From Acidothermus cellulolyticus 11B (GTDB lineage: Bacteria > Actinomycetota > Actinomycetes > Acidothermales > Acidothermaceae): a stretch of 32,000 bases of DNA. Under the pieces are notes generated by a model. It searched no databases and was not told the DNA's origin. It worked only from the letters and a program-made list of their open reading frames with translations. The first letter of the stretch is position 1, and each line of letters begins with the position of its first letter. Made by a program: the position numbers and the translations under genes. The stretch is taken from positions 990,001 to 1,022,000 of the forward strand of contig NC_008578.1 in assembly GCF_000015025.1 (NCBI RefSeq), written 5' to 3'. Shown in pieces: positions 16,821 through 25,622 of the stretch.

Positions 16821-17013
16821 TCATGCCTCCTCGGCAACGTGGTCCGGCCGGATGGCCGGACACTTCAGGTCAACGATGACACCGAACCGGCGTGGATGTG
16901 AGGAACCATGCCGTGTCGGCTTCCGTCTTTTTTCGGATGCGCGCGCCGCGAACTGGAGCGCCATGATGAATCGGACGCACCACACGGCAATCTGCTCGTG
17001 AGAGTGGTTCTCC

Positions 17014-17634
17014 ATGAGTGACGTCGTCGCGAACATTCTGCACGTTCCAGCCTGGCTCGCGCTCCTCATCGTCTTCGCGCTGCCGGCCCTGGAGGCGTCC
17101 ATATTTCTCGGATTCGTCTTTCCCGGTGAGACTGCTGTGCTCCTTGGCGGAGTGCTCGCTTTTGAGACCCACCTGTCCCTGGGGTGGGTGGTCTTGGCGG
17201 CCGTGTCCGGTGCGGTTATCGGCGACAACGTCGGCTACGCGGTCGGTTTCCGGTTCGGCGATGCACTGCTCCGGCGCATCCCGCCGCGGGTTCTCAAACC
17301 CGAGCATGTCGAACGTTCCAAGGAACTCATCCGACGGCTCGGCGGCCGCGCCGTCTTCGTCGGCCGCTTCACGGCAGCGCTCCGCGCGCTCGTCCCCGGC
17401 TTCTGCGGCGCATCGCGGATGCACTACCGCACCTTTCTGGTGTGGAATTTCCTTGGCGGCGCGCTGTGGGCGACCGGTGTCGCGGTGGCCGGCTACCTTG
17501 CCGGCAATGCGTGGCACCGAGTTGCGTCGGGGCTCAGCGTCTTCGGCTACGTCGTGCTTGGCCTGGTTCTCGCGGCGCTCGGGTACCTCTGGTGGCGGCA
17601 TCGACGACGCTCCAGGCAGGTGGGCGAGGAATAG
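17014..17634 (+). CDS. DedA-family (VTT/SNARE-associated) membrane protein
   Basis: 206 aa. It has the DedA signature EASIFLGFVFPGETAVLLGG, then GRAVFVGRFTAALRALVP and FLVWNFLGGALWA. Confidence 0.85.
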   Translation: MSDVVANILHVPAWLALLIVFALPALEASIFLGFVFPGETAVLLGGVLAFETHLSLGWVVLAAVSGAVIGDNVGYAVGFRFGDALLRRIPPRVLKPEHVERSKELIRRLGGRAVFVGRFTAALRALVPGFCGASRMHYRTFLVWNFLGGALWATGVAVAGYLAGNAWHRVASGLSVFGYVVLGLVLAALGYLWWRHRRRSRQVGEE

Positions 17635-18252
17635 TTATTCCATCGCCCAATCCGGTTCGTCGTCCCGCTCGGCGCCGAGGTCAAGCGCGCGGGCGAGCCG
17701 GTCCCGCAGCATCCGCCAGCGGGACCGTGATGCATGCTCCTCACCGGCCGCTGTGCTGACGAAATGGCAGACCGTGTCGAAATCCGGGACGACGAGGCCA
17801 TTGTCGGCACGGACCAGCAGCGACTCGTGGGAGAGCTCGGGCAATTCTTCGTCGTCGCCGACAACCGAGAACAGCGTTGCACCGGCGCGACGGGCGTCCG
17901 CGGCTCGCTCCAACAGATTCGCCGGCGCCGTATCGGGGGCGACGATGAGGAGGGTGTCATGCCGGCCGGCCGCCTCGAGGCGCTCCAGTCCGATCGACAA
18001 ATGCGCCGGTGCATCCGGCGGCGGCGACCATCGCACCAACGACGGCGCAAGCTGCGGCACACCGCACAACCGCGCTTCATCGGTCAAGTGTGCCGCCAAG
18101 TGCCATGGCTCATTCTCCGGCGGTCCGACAAGCAGCAGGCCTCCAACGTCATGCGGTGCGTGGCGCAACGCCCGGGCAAATGCGTGGGTTCGTTCCACCC
18201 AGCCGGTACCGGCCAGCAGTGCGCGCAATTCGATGACTCGTTGACGGTCCAC
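17635..18252 (-). CDS. Hypothetical protein with no family I can name
   Basis: 205-aa ORF with a GTG start preceded by GACGAGG-N4. It is co-directional with panB and immediately downstream of it. It shows an alternating beta-alpha-like pattern (LLLVGPP..., TLLIVAPD..., ATLFSVVGDD) that could be a Rossmann/SIS-like fold. I did not compare codon bias with the neighbouring genes. Confidence 0.5.
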   Translation of the reverse strand: MDRQRVIELRALLAGTGWVERTHAFARALRHAPHDVGGLLLVGPPENEPWHLAAHLTDEARLCGVPQLAPSLVRWSPPPDAPAHLSIGLERLEAAGRHDTLLIVAPDTAPANLLERAADARRAGATLFSVVGDDEELPELSHESLLVRADNGLVVPDFDTVCHFVSTAAGEEHASRSRWRMLRDRLARALDLGAERDDEPDWAME

Positions 18253-18313
18253 GTGACCTCGTCCCTGTCAGCCGGCCTGCTGCACAGCGCGCTGCGCAAC
18301 AACGCTCGTTGGT

Positions 18314-19180
18314 CTAGTACGAGTGCGCCGCGTCGGGATACCGCCCGTCCGCGACGTCCGCAGCGAAGGCTCGCGCCGCGTCATGCAGTACTGTACGCAG
18401 GTCCGCGTATCGTTTGACGAATTTCGGCGTCGGTTGCGGCGTCAAACCTGCCATGTCGGTCCAGACGAGCACCTGCGCGTCACAGTCGGGGCCGGCGCCG
18501 ATACCAATGGTCGGAATCTGGAGGGCCGCGGTGAGTTCCGCCGCAAGTCCCGCGGGCACCAGCTCGAGGACGATTGCGAACGCTCCCGCCTCTTGCAAGG
18601 CAAGGGCGTCGTCCCGGATGGCGGCGGCGTCGTCGCCGCGCCCTTGCACCCGATAGCCGCCGAGGGCGTGCACGCTCTGCGGGGTGAACCCAATGTGCGC
18701 CATCACGGGAATACCGGCCTCAACCACCGTGCGTACGTGCTCCGCGACACGCCGTCCGCCCTCGAATTTGACCGCCTGCACCCCGGCACGTTTCACGAAC
18801 CGGATCGCCGTTTGCAACGCCTGCCGGGGAGAAATCTGATACGAACCGAACGGCAGGTCCGCCACGACCAATGCGCGTTGAGCCGCGCGGGCCACCGCTC
18901 TGTTGAGGATGAGCAATTCATCGACGTCGACGCCCAACGTGTCGGGGTAACCAAGCACGGTATTCGCGGCGGAATCCCCGACCAGCAGGACGTCGATGCC
19001 TGCCTCCTCGAAAATCCGCGCCGTCAACGCGTCGTAGCAGGTGAGCATGGCCCAGCGTCGGTGCTGACGTTTGCGAAGTTGCAGGTCGTGAATCGTGACA
19101 CGACGTGGGACATCGGCTGCAGCGGACACCGTGACCTCCCCGCCTCGAGTCGCCGTCCGGCGTACCCGGGCAGGTTTCAT
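18314..19180 (-). CDS. panB: 3-methyl-2-oxobutanoate hydroxymethyltransferase
   Basis: The sequence [36 protein letters not shown]...VKFEGG...[10 protein letters not shown] is an unmistakable PanB. An alternative start at GTG 19129 has a better RBS (GGGGAGG-N5). Confidence 0.93.
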   Translation of the reverse strand: MKPARVRRTATRGGEVTVSAAADVPRRVTIHDLQLRKRQHRRWAMLTCYDALTARIFEEAGIDVLLVGDSAANTVLGYPDTLGVDVDELLILNRAVARAAQRALVVADLPFGSYQISPRQALQTAIRFVKRAGVQAVKFEGGRRVAEHVRTVVEAGIPVMAHIGFTPQSVHALGGYRVQGRGDDAAAIRDDALALQEAGAFAIVLELVPAGLAAELTAALQIPTIGIGAGPDCDAQVLVWTDMAGLTPQPTPKFVKRYADLRTVLHDAARAFAADVADGRYPDAAHSY

Positions 19181-19277
19181 CTTCTCATCGGGATGGAGGG
19201 AGCTGCCCCGCCTCTGCTCATCCGGGGTGGGCGAGCTGCCCGGCCTCTGCTCATCCGGGGTGGGCGAGCTGCCCCGC
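19181..19277 (-). repeat. 33-bp tandem repeat: two near-identical copies plus a degenerate third
   Basis: The copies at 19212-19244 and 19245-19277 (CTCTGCTCATCCGGGGTGGGCGAGCTGCCC[G/C]GC) differ at one base. A degenerate 31-nt copy lies at 19181-19211. The array spans the nadE stop (19251-19253) and runs to the panB start codon. Confidence 0.9.
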
Positions 19278-21026
19278 CTCGACCCACCGGTTCGTGATCG
19301 GTAGCCGGCGGTCGCGGCCGAAATTGCGGGTAGTGATCTTCGGCCCGGGTGGGTACTGCCGCCGTTTGTACTCGGCGTTGTCGACCAGGCGGATCACGCG
19401 ATCGACGAGGAATGGGTCATGTCCAGCGGCGACGATGTCGTCTCGGCTTGCGTCGTGCTCCACGTAGAGGCGGAGGACGGCGTCCAGTTCGGGGTACGGC
19501 GGGAGGCTGTCCGTGTCGAGCTGGCCGGGCCGCAGTTCGGCGGACGGCGGTTTGTCGATGCACCGCTGCGGAATCGGCGGCACCGCTCCGGACCGTTCGG
19601 CCTGCGCATTCCGCCAGCGGGCCAGCTCCCAGACGAGGGTCTTCGGCACATCCTTCAGCGGCGCGAATCCGCCGGCTGAATCGCCGTACAACGTCGAGTA
19701 GCCGGTCGCGAGTTCACTTTTGTTCCCGGTCGTCAGGACCAGATGCCCGTGCTCATTGGACAGGCTCATCAGGATCGTGCCCCGGACCCGCGCCTGCAGG
19801 TTCTCGGCGGCGAGTCCGTGCAGGTCGAGGTGGCGTTCAAAGGCGTCCACCATGTCGGTGATCGGGATGACGGTGTGCCGGGTGCCTTGCCGCCGGGCCA
19901 GTTCTTCCGCATCCGCGAGCGAATGGTCACTGGACCAGCGGCTCGGCATCGCGACCGTGTGCACCGCCTCCGCGCCGATGGCGTCGACGGCGATGGTGGT
20001 GACGAGCGCCGAGTCGATCCCGCCGGAGAGGCCGACGAGAACCGACCGGAACCGGTTCTTGCGGATGTAGTCGCGCGTCCCGGTGACGAGCGCGGCGTAC
20101 ACCTCGGCTTCCGGTGCCAGCCGGGCGGCCAGCCCGGTCGGCGCGGGCGGGTAGTCGGGCAGGCTTGGTGTCTTGAGGTCGACCCGTTCGATGGTCATCC
20201 GCGAGCCGTCCCGGACGTCGACACTGCCCCGCCGGCGGCTGGTTCCCGGTTGCAGGCTGAGGTCGATGACGGCGAGGCCTTCGTCGAACTGCGGGGCGCG
20301 GACCAGCGGCGTGCCATCGGCGTCCACGACGAACGAATCACCGTCGAAGACCAGTTCGTCCTGACCGCCGACCATGTTGACGTAGGCAATCGGGGCGCGC
20401 ACCTCGGCGGCGCGGCGCTGGGCGAGCCGGAGCCGGGCGTCGGGTTTCCCCCGCTCGTACGGCGACCCGTTGATGGTCACGACCAGCCCCACGCCGGCGG
20501 CCCAGGCCGCGGTGAGTGGACCGCCGTCCTGCCAGAGGTCCTCGCAGATCGTCATCGCGATGTCCACGCCAAGGTGGCGGACGACGACCAGCCGCTCGCC
20601 GCGGCTGAAGTAGCGGTACTCGTCGAAGACCCCGTAGTTCGGCAGGTGGTGCTTGTCGTACCGGGCGACGACCCGGCCGCCGATGAGAAATGCCGCAGAA
20701 TCCGTCGGCAGGCCGCGGCCGCCGGGACGCGGACGGTCATCCGGCGCGGCGTCGAGATATCCGACGATCACGCCGATGTTGCCGAGTCCCTCGCGTGCCA
20801 AGCGTTCGGCGAGTTCGACGACGGCCCGCCGGGAGGCGGCGACGAACGACGGACGGAGGGCCAGGTCCTCGACCGGATAGCCGGTGAGCATCATCTCGGG
20901 GAAGGCGACAAGGTGTGCGGATCGGCTCGCGGCGTGCTTGGTCCAGGCCACCACGAGCTCGAGATTCCCGGCGATGTCGCCGACCACGGGGTCGACCTGA
21001 GCGAGGGCGAGGCGAAGCTGCGGCAC
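19251..21026 (-). CDS. nadE: Glutamine-dependent NAD+ synthetase (N-terminal CN-hydrolase domain plus NAD synthetase domain)
   Basis: 591 aa. The N-terminal nitrilase-like domain has LRLALAQV...FPEM...CEDLW. The C-terminal domain has the SGGIDS PP-loop and [28 protein letters not shown]. Confidence 0.9.
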   Translation of the reverse strand: MPQLRLALAQVDPVVGDIAGNLELVVAWTKHAASRSAHLVAFPEMMLTGYPVEDLALRPSFVAASRRAVVELAERLAREGLGNIGVIVGYLDAAPDDRPRPGGRGLPTDSAAFLIGGRVVARYDKHHLPNYGVFDEYRYFSRGERLVVVRHLGVDIAMTICEDLWQDGGPLTAAWAAGVGLVVTINGSPYERGKPDARLRLAQRRAAEVRAPIAYVNMVGGQDELVFDGDSFVVDADGTPLVRAPQFDEGLAVIDLSLQPGTSRRRGSVDVRDGSRMTIERVDLKTPSLPDYPPAPTGLAARLAPEAEVYAALVTGTRDYIRKNRFRSVLVGLSGGIDSALVTTIAVDAIGAEAVHTVAMPSRWSSDHSLADAEELARRQGTRHTVIPITDMVDAFERHLDLHGLAAENLQARVRGTILMSLSNEHGHLVLTTGNKSELATGYSTLYGDSAGGFAPLKDVPKTLVWELARWRNAQAERSGAVPPIPQRCIDKPPSAELRPGQLDTDSLPPYPELDAVLRLYVEHDASRDDIVAAGHDPFLVDRVIRLVDNAEYKRRQYPPGPKITTRNFGRDRRLPITNRWVEAGQLAHPG

Positions 21027-21260
21027 GTTATGAGCCTACGGACCTAGCCCCCGGGAGCTGGCGGATGTCGCCGACCGGGGAACGGCGGATGCCGGAACGG
21101 AGCCGGCGGCCCCGCACGGAGAACGCGGGCCCGGACCGAGACCTACGGATGCCCGGACGGAGAACGGCAGCGCGCGGGCATCGCGGTGGCGTAACCGCGC
21201 CGTAACGTGCGGCGGGGAGGATGAGGGCGATGGGCGTGTGGATCGGGCAGGATGGTCACC

Positions 21261-22622
21261 ATGGACAAGCAGACGGAATTCGTGCTCCGCACCTTGGAGG
21301 AACGGGATATCCGGTTCGTCCGGTTGTGGTTCACTGACGTTCTGGGATTTTTGAAGTCGGTCGCGGTGGCGCCCGCCGAATTGGAGGGTGCGTTCGCGGA
21401 AGGGATTGGATTCGACGGCTCGGCCATCGAGGGCTTTGCCCGGGTGTATGAGTCCGACATGCTCGCCCGGCCGGACCCGTCGACATTCCAGATTCTGCCG
21501 TGGCGGTCGGAAGCGCCCGGGACTGCGCGGATGTTCTGCGACATCCTCATGCCGGACGGATCGCCCAGCTGGGCGGATCCGCGGTTCGTCCTCAAGCGCA
21601 CGCTGGCCCGCGCGGCGGAGATGGGGTTCACGTTCTACACCCACCCGGAAATCGAATTCTTCCTCTTCGAACGCCAACCTGGTCCCGGCGAGATGCCGGT
21701 TCCCATCGATGCGTCCGGCTATTTTGACCAGACGGCGCACGGCCCGGGACATGACTTTCGCCGCCAGGTCATCACGCTGCTGGAGGCCATGGGCATTTCG
21801 GTGGAATTCAGCCATCACGAGGCGGCTCCCGGTCAACAAGAAATCGATTTGCGGTACGCCGACGCGTTGACCACGGCGGACAACATTCTCACCACCCGGC
21901 AAGTGGTCAAGCAGGTGGCTCTTGAGCAAGGCGTCTTTGCGTCCTTCATGCCGAAGCCGTTCACCGAATATCCCGGCTCGGGCATGCACACGCACCTTTC
22001 CCTCTTTGAGGGCGACCGCAATGCCTTCTACGAACCGGGCGCCCCGTATCAGCTGTCGAAGACGGCCCGGGCGTTCATCGCCGGAATTCTCCGGCACGCA
22101 CCGGAATTCACGGCCATTACCAATCAGTGGGTGAACAGCTACAAGCGGCTCTGGGGCGGGGCAACCCGGACCGCCGGCGCGGGCGGCGAAGCACCGAGCT
22201 ACATCTGCTGGGGGCACAACAACCGCTCCGCATTGGTCCGCGTGCCCATGTATAAGCCCCGCAAGGGGAATTCCACCCGGATCGAAGTCCGCTCGGTGGA
22301 CAGCGCGTGCAACCCGTACCTCGCCTTCGCCGTGCTGCTCGGCGCCGGGCTCGCCGGCATTGAGAACGGCTACGAACTACCCGAAGGAGCCGAGGACGAC
22401 GTCTGGGCCTTGACCGAGGCGGAGCGACGGGCGATGGGCATCGCCCCGCTTCCGGCGTCTCTCGATGAAGCGATCCGGGCCATGGAGAACTCCGAGCTGG
22501 TGGCCAACATTCTCGGTGAACACGTGTTCGATTTCTTCTTGCGCAACAAGCGCGAGGAGTGGGCGGATTACCGACGCCAGGTCACCGAATACGAACGTGA
22601 CCGATACCTCCGGGTGTTGTAA
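21261..22622 (+). CDS. glnA2: Glutamine synthetase type I, GlnA2-type (Rv2222c-like)
   Basis: MDKQTEFVLRTLEERDIRFVRLWFTDVLGFLKSVAVAPAELEGAFAEGIGFDGSAIEGFAR is nearly identical to my memory of the mycobacterial GlnA2 N-terminus. I chose ATG 21261 over the track's 21252 for that reason. Confidence 0.9.
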   Translation: MDKQTEFVLRTLEERDIRFVRLWFTDVLGFLKSVAVAPAELEGAFAEGIGFDGSAIEGFARVYESDMLARPDPSTFQILPWRSEAPGTARMFCDILMPDGSPSWADPRFVLKRTLARAAEMGFTFYTHPEIEFFLFERQPGPGEMPVPIDASGYFDQTAHGPGHDFRRQVITLLEAMGISVEFSHHEAAPGQQEIDLRYADALTTADNILTTRQVVKQVALEQGVFASFMPKPFTEYPGSGMHTHLSLFEGDRNAFYEPGAPYQLSKTARAFIAGILRHAPEFTAITNQWVNSYKRLWGGATRTAGAGGEAPSYICWGHNNRSALVRVPMYKPRKGNSTRIEVRSVDSACNPYLAFAVLLGAGLAGIENGYELPEGAEDDVWALTEAERRAMGIAPLPASLDEAIRAMENSELVANILGEHVFDFFLRNKREEWADYRRQVTEYERDRYLRVL

Positions 22623-22627
22623 CGGCG

Positions 22628-25591
22628 GTGACCGAGGAGCTGGAGCGGCTGGCGACCACTGCCGGGACGCTGGCCCGGCTCGGCTTCGCCGATCCCGACC
22701 GCGGTTCCGCCCTGCTTGGGGAACTCGCTGCCGGTGGATTCCCGGTAACAGACGAGCTTCTGGGCGAACTCGCGTCGGCGGCGGACCCCGACCTTGCGCT
22801 CATTGCCCTCCTGCGGCTGCGTGAGTCCGCCCAACGCAGCCACGTGCTCGGAGGGCTCGACGCCGCGCTGACCGCGGATGCCGCCCTGCGCCGGCGGCTC
22901 TTCGCCGTCCTTGGGGCGAGTGCGGCTCTCGGAGACCACCTGGTCGCTCATCCGGGCAGCTGGGCACAGCTCGCCGTCTCGGCGGATCGCTCGCCCACCT
23001 GGTACGGCTGGCGGGCCATGCTTGCCGTCGCAGTCGGCGACCGCAGCGGCACGCCCGCCGAACAAGCGCTCCACGCCGCCTACCGGGACGCGCTGTTGTC
23101 CATCGCTGCCCGCGACCTCGTCGGCGAGGCCGACGTCGTCCAGGTCGGCGCGGAACTCGCCGATCTAGCCGGTGCCACCCTCGACGTCGCGTTAACGCTC
23201 GCGCACCGCGCCGTCGCAGACCCCGCCGCCTCCTGCCGGCTTGCGATCATCGGGATGGGCAAGTGCGGCGGCCGGGAGCTCAACTACGTGAGCGACATTG
23301 ACGTCGTCTTCGTTGCCGAACCCGTGCCCCCTGCCGACGACGAGACGGCCTTGCGCGCGGCGACCCGGCTCGCCACCGCGGTCATCCGGATCTGTGCACC
23401 GATCTGGCAGGTCGACGCCGCGCTCCGTCCGGAGGGAAAGAACGGCCCGCTGGTCCGCACCCTCGCCAGCTACCGGGCCTACTACGAACGGTGGGCCAAG
23501 ACCTGGGAATTTCAGGCTCTGCTCAAGGCCCGGCCGGTCGCCGGTGATCTCGAGCTCGGCCAGGCGTACGCCGAGATGGTGTACCCACTGGTCTGGCGGG
23601 CGGCGGATCGTGAGCACTTCGTCGAGGACGTGCAGGCGATGCGCCGCCGGGTCGAGGAGACTCTGCCGGAGACGCTGGCCGACCGTGAACTCAAGCTTGG
23701 CCGCGGCGGCCTGCGGGACGTGGAGTTCGCCGTCCAACTCCTCCAGCTGGTGCACGGGCGCACCGACGTCACGGTGCGCAGCCCGCACACCCTGTCCGCG
23801 CTGGCCGCGTTGGCCGCCGGCGGCTACGTCGGTCGTGCCGACGCCCGAGACCTCGACGCGGCGTACCGGTTCCTGCGCAGCCTCGAACACCGCCTCCAGC
23901 TTCTCCGGCTGCGCCGCACCCACGAACTGCCGACCGACGACGCCGACCTGCGCCGATTGGGCCGATCGATCGGACTCCGCCGGGATCCCGTCCGGGAACT
24001 GCGTGCCGAGCACGAGCGGTGCGTGCACCTGGTCCGCCGGTTGCACGAGAAGCTCTTCTACCGGCCGCTGTTGAGCGCGGTGGCCCGGCTGCCGGGTGAC
24101 GAGGCGCGGCTGACCCCGGAGGCCGCGGTCCGCCGCCTTGCCGCCCTGGGTTATGCGGATCCGCAGGCGGCGCTCCGGCACATCGAAGCGCTGACTGCAG
24201 GCGTGAGCCGGCGGGCGGCGATCCAACGCACCCTGCTCCCGGTCATGCTCGGCTGGTTCGCCGATGCACCCGATCCGGACGCCGGCCTGTTGGCGTTCCG
24301 GCAGCTCTCCGATGCACTCGGCGACACCCCCTGGTACCTGCGTTTTCTGCGCGACGAAGGAGCGGCGGCGCAGCATCTCGCGCACATCCTCGCGTCCAGC
24401 CGGTACGCCGTCGACCTGCTCACCCGGGCACCGGAATCCGTCGCCATGCTCGCGGACACCCCGGGGGAGGGGCCGTACCAGCTGCGCCCTCGGCCGGCGG
24501 CGGAGTTGCGGGCCGAATTCCTTGCCGCCGTCCGTCGGCACGAGGATCCGGCGACGGCGGTTGAGGTGGCGCGCGGCCTGCGTCGCCGCGAACTGTTCCG
24601 GATCGCCTGCGCGGACCTCCTCGGACTCCTCGACGTTGTCGCCGTCGGGCACGCCCTGACGGACGTCACGGAAGCGGTTCTGGACGCCGTCCTGGACGTG
24701 GTGGCTCGGGCGGTACCGCGAGCCGCCGGACACGTCCGGCTGGCCGTGATCGGCATGGGCCGCCTTGGCGGCCGGGAGCAGGGCTACGGCAGCGACGCCG
24801 ACGTGCTCTTCGTGCACGAGCCGCTCCCCGGCGTCGAGGATGCGGTCGCGGCGGCGGCTGCCTATGAGCTGGCCAACGAGCTTCGGCGCTTGCTCGCCCA
24901 ACCAGCCCCCGAGCCCGCGGTGGAGGTGGACGCCGACCTGCGGCCCGAGGGTCGCCAAGGTCCACTGACTCGCAGCCTTGACTCCTACCTCACGTATTAC
25001 GCGCGCTGGTCGGAGATTTGGGAGGCGCAGGCTCTGCTGAAAGCGCGGCCGGTCGCCGGGGACGCCGAGCTCGGCCGTCGCTTCGTCGCCGCCATCGATC
25101 CGCTGCGATGGCCGGAGCAAGGGCTTGGGCCGGCCGACCTCCGGGAAATTCGTCGCATCAAGGCGCGCGTCGAACGGGAGCGGCTGCCACGGAATGCCGA
25201 CCCGGCGCTGCACACCAAGCTGGGCCGCGGCGGGCTGGCCGACATCGAATGGACCGCGCAACTCCTGCAGCTGCAGCACGCGGGTCACGTCGGGAGCCTG
25301 CGGACGACGTCCACGCTCGAGGCCCTGCACGCCGCTGCTGACGCGGGGCTCTTGGACCGCGCGGATGCCGAGATCCTGGTCGAGGCGTGGCGGTTGGTGA
25401 GCAAGGTCCGCAATGCCCTGGTCCTGGTCCGAGGGCGGCCTACCGACACGATTTCCCCGGTTTTACGGGATCTGGTGGGCGTTGCCCGGCTCGTCGGTTA
25501 CGCTGCCTGGCAGTCCGGTGATTTCCTCGATGCTTACCGACGGATAACCAGGCGCGCGCGAGCTGTCGTTGAACGGGTCTTCTACGGCTGA
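22628..25591 (+). CDS. glnE: Bifunctional glutamine synthetase adenylyltransferase / adenylyl-removing enzyme
   Basis: 987 aa with two duplicated nucleotidyltransferase halves (IIGMGKCGGRELNYVSDIDVVFV and VIGMGRLGGREQGYGSDADVLFV), each followed by a GlnE-type helical domain. It starts 6 nt after the glnA2 stop. Confidence 0.93.
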   Translation: MTEELERLATTAGTLARLGFADPDRGSALLGELAAGGFPVTDELLGELASAADPDLALIALLRLRESAQRSHVLGGLDAALTADAALRRRLFAVLGASAALGDHLVAHPGSWAQLAVSADRSPTWYGWRAMLAVAVGDRSGTPAEQALHAAYRDALLSIAARDLVGEADVVQVGAELADLAGATLDVALTLAHRAVADPAASCRLAIIGMGKCGGRELNYVSDIDVVFVAEPVPPADDETALRAATRLATAVIRICAPIWQVDAALRPEGKNGPLVRTLASYRAYYERWAKTWEFQALLKARPVAGDLELGQAYAEMVYPLVWRAADREHFVEDVQAMRRRVEETLPETLADRELKLGRGGLRDVEFAVQLLQLVHGRTDVTVRSPHTLSALAALAAGGYVGRADARDLDAAYRFLRSLEHRLQLLRLRRTHELPTDDADLRRLGRSIGLRRDPVRELRAEHERCVHLVRRLHEKLFYRPLLSAVARLPGDEARLTPEAAVRRLAALGYADPQAALRHIEALTAGVSRRAAIQRTLLPVMLGWFADAPDPDAGLLAFRQLSDALGDTPWYLRFLRDEGAAAQHLAHILASSRYAVDLLTRAPESVAMLADTPGEGPYQLRPRPAAELRAEFLAAVRRHEDPATAVEVARGLRRRELFRIACADLLGLLDVVAVGHALTDVTEAVLDAVLDVVARAVPRAAGHVRLAVIGMGRLGGREQGYGSDADVLFVHEPLPGVEDAVAAAAAYELANELRRLLAQPAPEPAVEVDADLRPEGRQGPLTRSLDSYLTYYARWSEIWEAQALLKARPVAGDAELGRRFVAAIDPLRWPEQGLGPADLREIRRIKARVERERLPRNADPALHTKLGRGGLADIEWTAQLLQLQHAGHVGSLRTTSTLEALHAAADAGLLDRADAEILVEAWRLVSKVRNALVLVRGRPTDTISPVLRDLVGVARLVGYAAWQSGDFLDAYRRITRRARAVVERVFYG

Positions 25592-25622
25592 CGGGCACGT
25601 CCGCGGTTAGGCCGGCGGGGGA

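Noticed and set aside
16396-16863. Cys-rich 155-aa (or 142-aa from ATG 16824) minus-strand ORF with CGSCKEGCP, RCRCRREC and TCKEDDDTC motifs and about 85% third-position GC
   Set aside because: The ATG at 16824 sits only 1 nt after the GGAGG, and ATG 16863 has no RBS. The ORF ends 220 nt before the terminator hairpin. The high third-position GC is explained by the second positions of Ala/Thr/Arg codons in the overlapping basic frame. I kept it as a caveat in the findings and did not drop it entirely.
16115-16879. 254-aa Ser/Arg/Leu-rich plus-strand ORF across the low-complexity region
   Set aside because: It starts inside or just after the PEBP gene end and runs through the bidirectional terminator hairpin. 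It has no RBS, and its composition mirrors the antisense of the Ala/Thr/Arg repeats.
16905-16936. T6 run (16928-16933) preceded by weak pairing (CGGCGTGG / CCATGCCG), considered as a terminator or small RNA 3' end in the H1-like/dedA divergent spacer
   Set aside because: The stem is 14 nt away from the T-run, and the only adjacent hairpin is 3 bp. No upstream plus-strand gene or promoter would require termination here. It is more likely an AT-rich promoter/UP region.
18260-18313. Imperfect 16-nt palindrome GCGCAGCGCGCTGTGC between panB and the downstream hypothetical gene, considered as a terminator
   Set aside because: It leaves essentially no loop, has two wobble positions and has no U-tract. 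The downstream gene has its RBS immediately after, which fits co-transcription better.
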